DNA from: Thermoanaerobaculia bacterium
Lineage (GTDB): Bacteria; Acidobacteriota; Thermoanaerobaculia; UBA5066; Gp7-AA6
Direction: 5' to 3'
DNA: 64,000 bases
Assembly: GCA_038224325.1 (NCBI GenBank)
Contig: JBBRFL010000003.1
Span: 78,140 to 142,139 of the forward strand
Of the stretch, positions 10,144 to 19,127 are shown piece after piece. Below the pieces are notes generated by a model that saw nothing but the letters and a program-made list of their open reading frames with translations, was not told where the DNA came from and searched no databases. The translations under genes were made by a program, and so were the position numbers. Position 1 is the stretch's first letter, and the number at the start of each line of letters is the position of its first letter.

Positions 10144-10990
10144 CTACTTCGCTTCCACCCCGATCGACTTGAGCTTGGCGCGGGCCAGCCGAGCCTCTTC
10201 GGATGACGGGAACTCGTGGATCACGTACTGGAGCTGGACTACCGCCTCGGGCTTCTCGCCCATCTCCTGGAGCGCATAGCCCTTCTTGAGCAGGGCCGCC
10301 GCGGCCTTGTCGCTCGCCGGCCACTGCTTGAGGAGCTTCTCGAAGTCGGCGACGGCCTCCGGGAACTTCCTCTGCGCGAAGTGCGACTCGCCGATCCAGT
10401 ACTGGGCATTGTCGGAGAGGTCGGTCGAGGGGTAGCTGGCGATGTAGTCCTCGAAGCCCTGGAGGGCCAGGGCGTACCGGCCCTTCGTGTAGTCCCCGTA
10501 GGCGGTGTCGTACAGCTCCGACGGGGAGGGCGGGCCGCCCGCCGGGCGCGCCTGGGAGCTCGAGGGGGGCGGCGACTCGGGAGCTGGCCTGCCTCCGGGA
10601 GCGGGGGCGGGGACCGGCCCGGTCCCGCCGCGCAGGCGCTGCAGGTCTCCCTGCGTCTCCGCAATCTGCTGCGAGAGCTGGGAGAGCCGCCGGTTCGTGT
10701 CCTCGAGCTTGGCTTCGAGCTGCTCCATCTTCGTCGTCAGCTCGCCGAGCTTGACGGCCGTGTCCGCGTTGGACTTGAGCAGCTGCTGCGTCTGGGTCGC
10801 GACGTTCTGATTGAGCTTCTCGACCTCTTCCTTACTCGAGGACTTACGCTCGACGGTCTGAATCTGCTTCTGGATCTCGCTCATCTGCCGGTGCAGGCCC
10901 TGGATGTCGTCCGACGACACGCACGCCACCCCGCAGAGAGGCGTCAAGCCCAGGAGAACGAGAACGAGCCGACGGGATGGCGCCGTCAAC
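10144..10990 (-). CDS. cpoB: cell-division coordinator CpoB (YbgF), Tol-Pal system
   Basis: The TTG start is adjacent to the pal stop and yields the signal peptide MTAPSRRLVLVLLGLTPLCGVAC. A long coiled-coil follows (QIQTVERKSSSKEEVEKLNQ…LEAKLEDTNRRLSQLSQQI). C-terminal TPR-like repeats are present (YDTAYGDYTKGRYALALQGFEDYIASYP…AQYWIGESHF). Confidence 0.8.
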
Positions 10991-10991
10991 G

Positions 10992-11561
10992 CTACTTGGC
11001 CGAGATGACGAAGTGCGCGCGACGGTTCTGCTGCCAGCAGGTCTCGGAGGACTCGTTGCAGAAGGGTCGCTCCTTGCCGTACGAGATCGTGCGCACGCGG
11101 GAACCCTCGACTCCCAGGGAGGTGAGATATTCCTTGGCGGCGTTGGCGCGGCGCTCGCCGAGCGACAGGTTGTATGCGGCCGTTCCGCGCTCGTCGCAGT
11201 GACCCTCGATCAGGACCTGGACGGTCGGGTACTTCTTGAGCCATTCCGCGTTGGCGGCCAGGGCGGAGCGGGCGTCCTCGCGGAGGTCGGCCTGGTCATA
11301 GTCGTAGAAGGCGTCGGTCAGGTAGCCCTTCTTGTTCAGCGCGGCGATGTCCATCGAAAGCACTTCGGCCTCGACGTCCTTGCGCGGCGCGTTGGCAGCG
11401 GGCGGCGGGACATTCGTCTCGCTCCCGGGCTTGCCGCTCGTCACGGGAGGACGAGCATCCTGGGCGGTCGTCGGAGCCTTCTTCTTGCAGGCCGCGGAGA
11501 GCGAGAGCATCGCCGCCGCCATGAGGGTGATCACCGTGAGAGTGGTCCGTGAGCGTTTCAT
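10992..11561 (-). CDS. pal: peptidoglycan-associated lipoprotein Pal (OmpA-like)
   Basis: A lipoprotein signal is present (MKRSRTTLTVITLMAAAMLSLSAAC). The OmpA C-like domain is recognisable (LKKYPTVQVLIEGHCDERGTAAYNLSLGERRANAAKEYL). Confidence 0.9.
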   Translation of the reverse strand: MKRSRTTLTVITLMAAAMLSLSAACKKKAPTTAQDARPPVTSGKPGSETNVPPPAANAPRKDVEAEVLSMDIAALNKKGYLTDAFYDYDQADLREDARSALAANAEWLKKYPTVQVLIEGHCDERGTAAYNLSLGERRANAAKEYLTSLGVEGSRVRTISYGKERPFCNESSETCWQQNRRAHFVISAK

Positions 11562-11664
11562 TCGATTCTCCTTCGCGTCGGCAGCGTTTCGCGCCCAGTG
11601 GATGCAGGGCGCTACTCGAAAACTCAATATAGCAAAGACTTTGCGAAAACCCCAGCCCCACGGG

Positions 11665-12981
11665 CTACTGCAGCCAAACCGGCTGGAAATGGTTGCCGCT
11701 CTGCGTGAGCTGTCGTTTGTTCTTTCCGTTCGAGTCCATCGTGTAAATCTGGGTCGATCCGCCGCGCCGGGAGGAGTAGACGATCTTTTCTCCGTCGGGC
11801 GACCAGGAGGGATGGCCGTTGGAGCCCTCGGAGGTGACCTGAACGGTCTGGCCGGAGGTCAGGTCCATGACGCAGATGTTGAAATCCCCCTCGTTTCGGC
11901 ACGCGAACGCGATCCGGGCGCCGTCGGGGGACCAGGCTCCCTCGTCGTTCCAGTTCCCCGCGTAGGTCAGACGCTTCGAGCCCGCCCCCTCCGCGTCCAT
12001 GACGTAGATCTGCGGGTTCCCGGTCAGGTCCGAGGTGTAGAGGATCTGTCGGCCCGTGGGGGACCACGCCGGAGAGGCCTCCAGCGCCCGCGTCGTCGTG
12101 AGGCGGTGCGGGGAGCCGCCATGGAAGCCCATGGTGTAGATGTCCGTGTTTCCCTTGACCGCTCCGACGAAGGCGATCTGGCTCGCGTCGGGCGACAGGG
12201 AGGGGGATGCGTTGAGCTCGACCCCGGACGCGAGCTCCTTCTTGTCGCTCCCGTCCAGGCCCATCGTCCAGATCTGGGGAAACAGGCGGACGTACGAGGT
12301 GTAGCCAACCTTGCCCTGAGCCGCCGACGGGTTGATCGTGATCGACTTGTGGGAGGTCAGCTGGCGCGGGTTCCTTCCGTCGAAGTCGATCGCCACGATC
12401 TCCTTGCTCCCTCCCTGCTCGGCGACCATGAGGATCGTGGAGAGGAACGCGCCGGGCTTGCCGGTGAAGTACTTCACCAGGTCGTTGGCGAGCGTGTGGG
12501 CGATCCGCTCCACGTACGAGGCGCCCCCGGAGTAACGGCGGCCCAGGATGAGCTTTCGCGACTTCAGGTCCCAGACCCGCGCCTCGACCGAAACGCGATC
12601 CCCCGCCACCTCTCCGCGCGTGTCTACGAGGACCTCCGCGCCCGTGCCCAGCCAGCGGTCGGCGGCCTCCGGCGTCGTCGGGTCCCGGAAACCGGAGGGG
12701 TAGTGCGCGGGATCCGCCAACGCGAAGGCGCCCGCGTACTCGAGGTCCGCCCGCAGAGTCGCGGTGAACGGATCGGCCACTCTGGCCTGGAGCGCCGCCG
12801 TGCCCGGGGCGTTGAGCGAGGGCACGGCGACCGCGAGGCGCCGTTCGCCCGCGCTCTTGATGACGACCTGGATGTCGTCGGCGGCCCCCGGGGTGATCTG
12901 CGGGGCGGGGGCCTGCGCCGCCAGCGGCGCGGACGTCAGGCCAGCCAGGAGAACGGCGAGAACGGGGAGGTATCGACGCAT
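11665..12981 (-). CDS. tolB: Tol-Pal system beta-propeller protein TolB
   Basis: A signal peptide is present (MRRYLPVLAVLLAGLTSAPLAAQA). The N-terminal TolB domain is followed by repeated WD-like SPDG/SPTG blades (SLSPDASQIAFV…SPAWSPTGRQILY…AWSPDGARIAF…PSWSPDGEKIVY). Confidence 0.9.
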   Translation of the reverse strand: MRRYLPVLAVLLAGLTSAPLAAQAPAPQITPGAADDIQVVIKSAGERRLAVAVPSLNAPGTAALQARVADPFTATLRADLEYAGAFALADPAHYPSGFRDPTTPEAADRWLGTGAEVLVDTRGEVAGDRVSVEARVWDLKSRKLILGRRYSGGASYVERIAHTLANDLVKYFTGKPGAFLSTILMVAEQGGSKEIVAIDFDGRNPRQLTSHKSITINPSAAQGKVGYTSYVRLFPQIWTMGLDGSDKKELASGVELNASPSLSPDASQIAFVGAVKGNTDIYTMGFHGGSPHRLTTTRALEASPAWSPTGRQILYTSDLTGNPQIYVMDAEGAGSKRLTYAGNWNDEGAWSPDGARIAFACRNEGDFNICVMDLTSGQTVQVTSEGSNGHPSWSPDGEKIVYSSRRGGSTQIYTMDSNGKNKRQLTQSGNHFQPVWLQ

Positions 12982-12998
12982 GGAGGGTCTCTCGTTTC

Positions 12999-13748
12999 TT
13001 AGTCGAAGACGACTTGAATGCCCAGGTGCGGTCCGGAGTACTCGGCCGGCAGGGGCGGAAGGGGAGAGGAGGCGATGACGGCTCGGAGGGCGGCGCGGTC
13101 GACGAACGGCAGCCCGCTCGAGACGACCACGCGGGCGTCCACGAGGGTTCCGTCTCGCTCGATCTGAAAGTGTACGACCGGGCTGGTAGTGACGGACTGA
13201 GCGGGCTTGAACCAGTTCAGCCCGATGATCATTCGGAGGCGCTCGATGTAGACGGGATAGTTGAAGTCCGCCTGGTCGATCTTGAAGCCCCCGATCCCCG
13301 CGTTGCCGCCCGCGCCCGCGGCGGGGCCCGTGGCTCCCGCCGTCTCTTCGCCGGAGGACGGGAGATTGAGCGCGGGCCCGGTGGACTTCCCGGGCCGCGA
13401 TGACGCGGGGGGCGGAGTCGGCTTCCTTTCGGCCTTCGCGGGGAGCAGCACGGCTTTCTGGGACGGGGGAGGCGGGGCGTCCTCGGGCGGCTTCTCGATC
13501 TTCGGCCTCTCGGCTGCGGCCGGAGGCGCGGGGGAGGCGCGGACCGGCTCCGGGGCCCGCAGCGACCCGGCCTGGAGGAGCCTCACCGCGACGAACCGTG
13601 GCCTCGTATAGCGCATCGGCTTCGCGATCGCGGAGACCAGCAACCCTCCGAGTACGACCGCATGCAGCAGGAAGGCGAGCAGCGCCGCGCCCGCCCAGGG
13701 CCCCCGGTCTTCCTGTCGCTCTGCGAGAAGATCTCCGACGGCGTCCAT
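12999..13748 (-). CDS. tolA: TolA (TonB C-terminal-domain family) of the Tol-Pal system
   Basis: There is an N-terminal TM anchor, a Pro/Ala/Lys-rich spacer and a C-terminal TonB/TolA-type domain (FNYPVYIERLRMIIGLNW…VVHFQIERDGTLVDARVVVSSGLPFVDRAALRAV). The gene lies between tolR and tolB. Confidence 0.7.
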   Translation of the reverse strand: MDAVGDLLAERQEDRGPWAGAALLAFLLHAVVLGGLLVSAIAKPMRYTRPRFVAVRLLQAGSLRAPEPVRASPAPPAAAERPKIEKPPEDAPPPPSQKAVLLPAKAERKPTPPPASSRPGKSTGPALNLPSSGEETAGATGPAAGAGGNAGIGGFKIDQADFNYPVYIERLRMIIGLNWFKPAQSVTTSPVVHFQIERDGTLVDARVVVSSGLPFVDRAALRAVIASSPLPPLPAEYSGPHLGIQVVFD

Positions 13749-13776
13749 CAGGTTCGGATGTGCTTCCGGGCGGCCC

Positions 13777-14205
13777 TCACTTCTTCGAGGCTCCCGACGT
13801 GTCCGTGACCATCCCGAGGTTCTCGATTCCCATCCGGTTGAGGAGGTCCAGGGTCTCGATCACGGTGCCGTACGAGAGGCCGCGGTCCGCCTTGAGGAAC
13901 ACGGTCTTCTCGCGGTGATTCCGTAGGATCGCGTGGAGGCGGTCCCGCAGGAGGCCGCGCGCCACGGGCGTCTCGTTGATGTAGTATAGGCCCTCCCGCG
14001 TGATCGAGAGAATTACGGGGTCCTCGACGGAGGATCGCAGGTTCGTCGTCGCGGTCTTCGGGAGCGCGACCGATACGCCCTGGTGCAGCATCGGGGCCGT
14101 AACCATGAAGATGATCAGGAGCACGAGCATCACGTCCACCAGGGGCGTGACGTTGATGTCCGCCAAGTGATCGAAGGGGTCGCCGCTCTGGCGCTGAAAG
14201 GCCAT
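13777..14205 (-). CDS. tolR: TolR (ExbD/TolR family)
   Basis: The protein is 142 aa. The motif INVTPLVDVMLVLLIIFMV is present, together with a periplasmic ExbD domain. Confidence 0.85.
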   Translation of the reverse strand: MAFQRQSGDPFDHLADINVTPLVDVMLVLLIIFMVTAPMLHQGVSVALPKTATTNLRSSVEDPVILSITREGLYYINETPVARGLLRDRLHAILRNHREKTVFLKADRGLSYGTVIETLDLLNRMGIENLGMVTDTSGASKK

Positions 14206-14267
14206 CTAGATCACCGCCGGCAGTCGATCGTCCATGGTCGGCACCACGAACTCAGGACACCGGGCTC

Positions 14268-15029
14268 CTACGTAAAGTTCCGTTCGGCAAGGTTGATGAA
14301 CTCCAGAGAAAAGTCCTCCATCCCCGCCCGCTGCTCGCGGACTTTTCCCATGAAGTAGTTGTAGAAGATCATCGCGGGAATGGCGGCGGCCAGGCCGGCG
14401 GCGGTGTTGATGAGCGCCTCTGAGATCCCGGGCGCGACGGCCGCGATCGACGTCGAGCCCGTCACCCCGATCGCGCGAAACGACTGCATGATGCCCCAGA
14501 CGGTGCCGAACAGGCCGATGAACGGACACGCCGACGCCGTCGTCGCCAAAAACGTCAGGTTGCGGGTCAGCCGCGACATCTCGACGCCGATGGCCCGCTC
14601 GAGGGCCCGCTCGATGCCCGAGATGTTCTTGATCAAGAGCTTGCCGCCTTGCGTCGAGCCGGTCGTCGGCGCGTCGTCGGCGCGATTGGCCTTGACCTGC
14701 GCGTCGAGCTCGGCGTAGCCCGCCTTGAAGAGCGTCGTCAGGGGCGTGTCGGCCAGCTCACCCGCGAAGGTGTTGACCTCGGAGAAGCGCTTCGACTTTC
14801 GGAAGAAGGACACGAATTTGTCGGACTGCCGCGACACCCGCCGCAGCCGCAGGAACTTCGCGAAGATGATGATCCAGGACACCAGCGAGAAGAACAGGAG
14901 GATGCCCAGGACGACCTTCGCGGTGCTCCCGGTCTCGGAGAAGAAGGAGAGGATCGAAGGCTGGCCGGGGAGGTTTTCGGTGGTGACGGGTTGAAAGGCG
15001 GTCGCCAGCATCGCTTTCGACCGTAACAT
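14268..15029 (-). CDS. tolQ: TolQ (MotA/TolQ/ExbB proton channel)
   Basis: Three TM segments are present and the conserved C-terminal GLFGTVWGIMQSF…IAAVAPGISEALINTAAGL motif matches TolQ. The alternative ATG 18 nt downstream (15011) is equally plausible. Confidence 0.85.
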   Translation of the reverse strand: MLRSKAMLATAFQPVTTENLPGQPSILSFFSETGSTAKVVLGILLFFSLVSWIIIFAKFLRLRRVSRQSDKFVSFFRKSKRFSEVNTFAGELADTPLTTLFKAGYAELDAQVKANRADDAPTTGSTQGGKLLIKNISGIERALERAIGVEMSRLTRNLTFLATTASACPFIGLFGTVWGIMQSFRAIGVTGSTSIAAVAPGISEALINTAAGLAAAIPAMIFYNYFMGKVREQRAGMEDFSLEFINLAERNFT

Positions 15030-15053
15030 AGGCTTTCCAGAGGGTCAAAGGGA

Positions 15054-16898
15054 ATGGAGCGGCAAATCGCGGACGTTGTCTTCTGCGTGGTGAGTCTTCT
15101 GCGCCGATGGATGCTCGGCCTCGGTCTGTCTGCGCTTTCTCTGGCGCTTTCCGCCGCTCCCACCGACATCCTTCCCGCGGGCGAAGTGGCTCCCGGCATG
15201 AAGGGCTACGGTCTGTCGGATCTCGGGGACGGGAAGGGAGTCCAGCGGTTCGACGTCGAGATCGTCGGGTTGCTCAAGAGCTACGCACCCAAGCAGGATC
15301 TGATCCTCGCGCGGATCCACAACGAGGCGATCGAGCGCAGCGGGGTGATCGCAGGCATGAGCGGCAGCCCGATCTACGTGGGTGGACGGCTGATCGGCGC
15401 GCTCGCGTACGGCTGGCCCTTCGCCCGAGATCCCATCTGCGGGATCACTCCCATCCAGAGCATGCTCGACATCCGCAAGGCGCCGGCCGGACCGCCCGTG
15501 CCGATCGGCGGAGCGGCGGCGGGGACCGCGGCGTTTCTCGGAGCGTTCCGCGACGGGAAGTTCCAGAAGCCCTTCGACGCGCTGCTCCAGTCGCTCCGCG
15601 CGGAGCCCGCGGCCAACTCCATGGCGGCGCTGCCCCTGCCCGTCTCCCTGGGAGGCGCCGTCGGCTCTGCCGACGTGTTCGCGCGAGTCGCACAGGCCGC
15701 GAACTGGATGGTCGCGCCCTCGGGCGGATCGGCGTCCCGCGCGATTCCGGCGGCCGGACCCGCCGCGGCCAGGCTGCAGCCCGGCTCGGCGGTGGCGGCC
15801 GTCCTCCTGTCCGGCGACATGGTGCTCTCGGCCACGGGCACCGTGACGTGGGTGGATGAGAGCTCGGTCCTCGCCTTCGGCCACCCGTTCCTCTCGATGG
15901 GCCCCGTCGATATGCCGATGGCGAGCGCCGACATCCTGACGGTGCTGCCCTCGCTGTACCGCTCCTTCAAGTTCTCGACGACTGGCGATGTCCTCGGGTC
16001 CGTCTCGCAGGATCGTTCGACGGGCATCCTCGGCAGCTTCGGAAAGCCGGCCACGATGGTGCCCGTCACCATCCGGATGACCTCCGAGAATCTCGCGCCG
16101 CAGACGTTCCACTTCGAGGTCGTGCACAACTCGATGCTCACGCCCATCCTGCTGGCGGTCGCGATCGACAACGTCCTCACGACGCTCGAGAAGCGCGCGG
16201 GCGAGCGGACGATCGTCTGGAAGTCCGCCATCGAGACCTCGGAGCGGACGGTCCACTGGGACTCGGTCTTCTCCGGCCTGACGGCGCGCGAGGAGGCGGT
16301 GGCGTCGCTGGCGCTTTTGACCAACTACCTCATGGCCAACGAATTTCGCGACCTCTCGATTCGCGGCGTCGAGGTCGAGATCGCGCACTCGGATCGTCTC
16401 CAGAACGCCCGAATCGTGCACGTCGAGGCGCAGAAGGACAAGGTGCATCCCGGCGAGAGCGTGCCGGTGTGGGTGGACCTGGAGGACTTCCGCGCGGGGC
16501 TGCGCCGCGTCGTGATGACCGCGCGCGTTCCCGGCGACGCGCCGCCTGGCCCGCTGACCGTCTTCGTGGGCGACGGGAACGCGGCGACGGCGTACGATCT
16601 CGCGCTGTACCCTCCCGATCCGCACTCTCTCGACCAGGTCCTCGACTTTCTCGCGCGCGTTCGGCCGCCGAACACGCTCAACCTGCTCGCGTACCGCACG
16701 GCGGCGGGCGCCGTCGTCAACGGAGCGCCCCTGGCTGCGCTGCCCCCGACGCGGGCCGCGCTCCTGCGCGACCGCGGGCCCGGCGACGGCTCTCCCGACC
16801 TCGCGTACCTGAGGCTCCAGGCGGAATCGGTCGAGCAGCCGGTGCCGGTCTCCGGTTCCGCGCGGCTCATCCTCGAAGTCCTGCCGAGGATCTGGTGA
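15054..16898 (+). CDS. secreted peptidase S55 (SpoIVB-like) family serine protease
   Basis: An N-terminal signal peptide is present. The GMSGSPIYVGGRLIGALAYG serine-protease core resembles the SpoIVB/S55 family, and a large C-terminal region follows. A downstream ATG at 15111 is an alternative start. The gene is divergent from tolQ. Confidence 0.6.
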   Translation: MERQIADVVFCVVSLLRRWMLGLGLSALSLALSAAPTDILPAGEVAPGMKGYGLSDLGDGKGVQRFDVEIVGLLKSYAPKQDLILARIHNEAIERSGVIAGMSGSPIYVGGRLIGALAYGWPFARDPICGITPIQSMLDIRKAPAGPPVPIGGAAAGTAAFLGAFRDGKFQKPFDALLQSLRAEPAANSMAALPLPVSLGGAVGSADVFARVAQAANWMVAPSGGSASRAIPAAGPAAARLQPGSAVAAVLLSGDMVLSATGTVTWVDESSVLAFGHPFLSMGPVDMPMASADILTVLPSLYRSFKFSTTGDVLGSVSQDRSTGILGSFGKPATMVPVTIRMTSENLAPQTFHFEVVHNSMLTPILLAVAIDNVLTTLEKRAGERTIVWKSAIETSERTVHWDSVFSGLTAREEAVASLALLTNYLMANEFRDLSIRGVEVEIAHSDRLQNARIVHVEAQKDKVHPGESVPVWVDLEDFRAGLRRVVMTARVPGDAPPGPLTVFVGDGNAATAYDLALYPPDPHSLDQVLDFLARVRPPNTLNLLAYRTAAGAVVNGAPLAALPPTRAALLRDRGPGDGSPDLAYLRLQAESVEQPVPVSGSARLILEVLPRIW

Positions 16899-19072
16899 GG
16901 CGGCGCTTCGCCGGGCCCGGGATCCTGGGCCTCACCCTGTGCCTGGCCCCGGCGGCCTCGTCCGCTTCGTCCGTCAAGATCTGGGTCTGCGACACCGCGG
17001 CGGACTTCTCCGCGGGGGAGGCCCGCGGGGTCTCGGTGTCCGCGGACGGAACCCTGCTTCCCGGAAAGTCCCTATCCCGGATCGAGGGCGTCTCGGAGGC
17101 CGTCCTGTTCGCGGCGGCGCCCGGGCGCTCCGGAGAGCTGTACGTGGGAACGGGGGACTCGGGGAGGATCCTGCGCGTCTCCGCCGACGGAAAGGTCGAC
17201 ACCTACGCGACCCTGGCCGAGCGCGAGGTGACCGCGCTGCGCGTCGGCCCCGACGGGGACCTCTACGCCGGCGCGTCGCCGGGCGGAAAGGTCTACCGGG
17301 TCGAGCGCGGAAAGGCGTCGCTGTACTACGACACGAAGGCGGAGTACGTGTGGGCGCTCGCCTTCGACGGGCGAGTCCTGTACGTCGGAACGGGCCTCCC
17401 CGGGGAGATTCACCGCGTGAAGTCCGCGGGGTCGGGGGAGCGGGTCCACGCGACGCCGGATCCGCACGTGCGCGCGCTGTTCGCCGACGGGAAGGGGCGG
17501 ATCTGGGCCGGCACGTCCGGGTCGGGACTGGTCATTCGCCTCGACCACGCGGGACACGCGACGACGGTCTACGATTCGAGCAAGCCGGAGATCACCGCGA
17601 TCGCGGCGGACCGGGGCGGGCGCGTCTGGGCCTCGGCGGGGACCGCGGAGGTCGCCTCGGGATTTTCCGAGGCCCCGCCGGTTCCGCAGCCCTCCGCGTC
17701 GCCCAAGGCCGCGAAGGCCGGGACCCCCGTCGAAGACGACGACAAGACCAAGCCCGAGGTCTCGGTGAGTGTCTCGACGCCGCGGCTGGCGCCTCCGCGC
17801 GGCGGAGCCAAGGGGGGCTACTCCTCGGAGGTCGTCCTCTTCGAGGAGGAGGAGTCTCCCCGCGTCGCCTGGACGAGCGCCGAGGAGGTTGTGTTCGACC
17901 TCGCGACCGACGACGGGGGCGCCGGCGTGGTCGCCGCGACGGGGCCGAAGGGCCGCCTCTACGCCATCGGGGCGGACTCTTCGGCGCTGGTGCGGACCTT
18001 CGACGAGAAGCAGGTCACGTTCTTCGCCGGAGACGACATCGGAACCAACGCCTCGAGCGCGCTCTACCGGAGGGATCCCAACGCCGCCGCGGGCGAGTAC
18101 GTCTCCGCGGTCAAGGACACGGGACGCACCAGCGTCTTCGGGGCGTTTCGATGGGACGGCGACGCTCCCGCGGGCAGCCGGCTGGAGTTCGCGTTTCGGT
18201 CGGGCGAGTCCGCGGCCCCCGATTCCACCTGGAGCGCGTGGTCCCCGTGGGCGGCGGGGGATAAGGCCCTGACCATCGGTGCCCCGGAGGGACGGTTCCT
18301 GCAGTGGAAGCTGCGGATGACCGGAAGCCGCGCCCACTCGCCCGCCGTCCGCCGGACGGAGGCGGCCTACCGCAACCGCAACGCGGGACCCGTCATCGAG
18401 AGCCTGCAGGCCCTCGATCCGGCGGAGGTCCTCGCGCGCTCCGGCTCGGGCGGCTCGAGCGTCTTCGAGTCGGCGGCCCCCGACGAGAAGGGAATTTTCA
18501 CCGCGCTCGAGGACGCGAAGAGCGAGGGCTCGCCGCGCAAGCTCTATCGCAAGGGATACCGGACCCTCCAGTGGAAGGCCTCCGATCCGGACAGCGACGC
18601 GCTCTCGTCCGATCTGGAGTTTCGGGCGGCCCAGGCGACGAAGTGGATTCCCCTGCGGCGGGACGTCCGCGAGAGCTTCTACGCGTTCGACTCGACCTCG
18701 CTTCCGGACGGCGACTACGTGTTCCGGGTGACGGCCTCGGACGCCGAGGCCAACCCGGGCGACGGCAAAAGCGCCTCGCGGGAGTCGGCGCCGGTGCGGA
18801 TCGACAACACGCCCCCCGTGATCCGGACGCTGGCGAGCTCCCCGGGCGTCTTCGAGTTCGAGGCGGCCGACGCCGCCTCCCCCCTGGTCGAGGCCGAATA
18901 CAGCATCGACGCGAAGAAGTGGGTGCGGCTCGAGCCCAGGGACGGGCTTTCCGACTCCCCGCGCGAGACGTACGCCATTCGCCTCCCGCCGGAGGCCCGG
19001 GGCGGCTACCTCCTCGTGAGGGTCACGGACGCGTCCCGCAACGTCGCCGCCGCCTCGTTCGTCGCGCCGTAG
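16895..19072 (+). CDS. secreted beta-propeller (two-component-regulator-propeller-like) / Ig-like domain protein
   Basis: The GTG start overlaps the upstream stop in a GTGA junction. A signal peptide is present. Repeated blades carry G(x)LY(V/A)GT…G(x)(V/I)(Y/H)RV motifs (GDLYAGASPGGKVYRV; GRVLYVGTGLPGEIHRV; GRIWAGTSGSGLVIRL). A C-terminal Ig/Y_Y_Y-like module follows (DGDYVFRVTASDAEANPGD…RIDNTPPVI). Confidence 0.6.
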   Translation: MRRRFAGPGILGLTLCLAPAASSASSVKIWVCDTAADFSAGEARGVSVSADGTLLPGKSLSRIEGVSEAVLFAAAPGRSGELYVGTGDSGRILRVSADGKVDTYATLAEREVTALRVGPDGDLYAGASPGGKVYRVERGKASLYYDTKAEYVWALAFDGRVLYVGTGLPGEIHRVKSAGSGERVHATPDPHVRALFADGKGRIWAGTSGSGLVIRLDHAGHATTVYDSSKPEITAIAADRGGRVWASAGTAEVASGFSEAPPVPQPSASPKAAKAGTPVEDDDKTKPEVSVSVSTPRLAPPRGGAKGGYSSEVVLFEEEESPRVAWTSAEEVVFDLATDDGGAGVVAATGPKGRLYAIGADSSALVRTFDEKQVTFFAGDDIGTNASSALYRRDPNAAAGEYVSAVKDTGRTSVFGAFRWDGDAPAGSRLEFAFRSGESAAPDSTWSAWSPWAAGDKALTIGAPEGRFLQWKLRMTGSRAHSPAVRRTEAAYRNRNAGPVIESLQALDPAEVLARSGSGGSSVFESAAPDEKGIFTALEDAKSEGSPRKLYRKGYRTLQWKASDPDSDALSSDLEFRAAQATKWIPLRRDVRESFYAFDSTSLPDGDYVFRVTASDAEANPGDGKSASRESAPVRIDNTPPVIRTLASSPGVFEFEAADAASPLVEAEYSIDAKKWVRLEPRDGLSDSPRETYAIRLPPEARGGYLLVRVTDASRNVAAASFVAP

Positions 19073-19127
19073 GTCTTCCGCGACGCGGCCGGCGGAGGCC
19101 GGCGTCTCTCAAGCGATAATCCACCGC

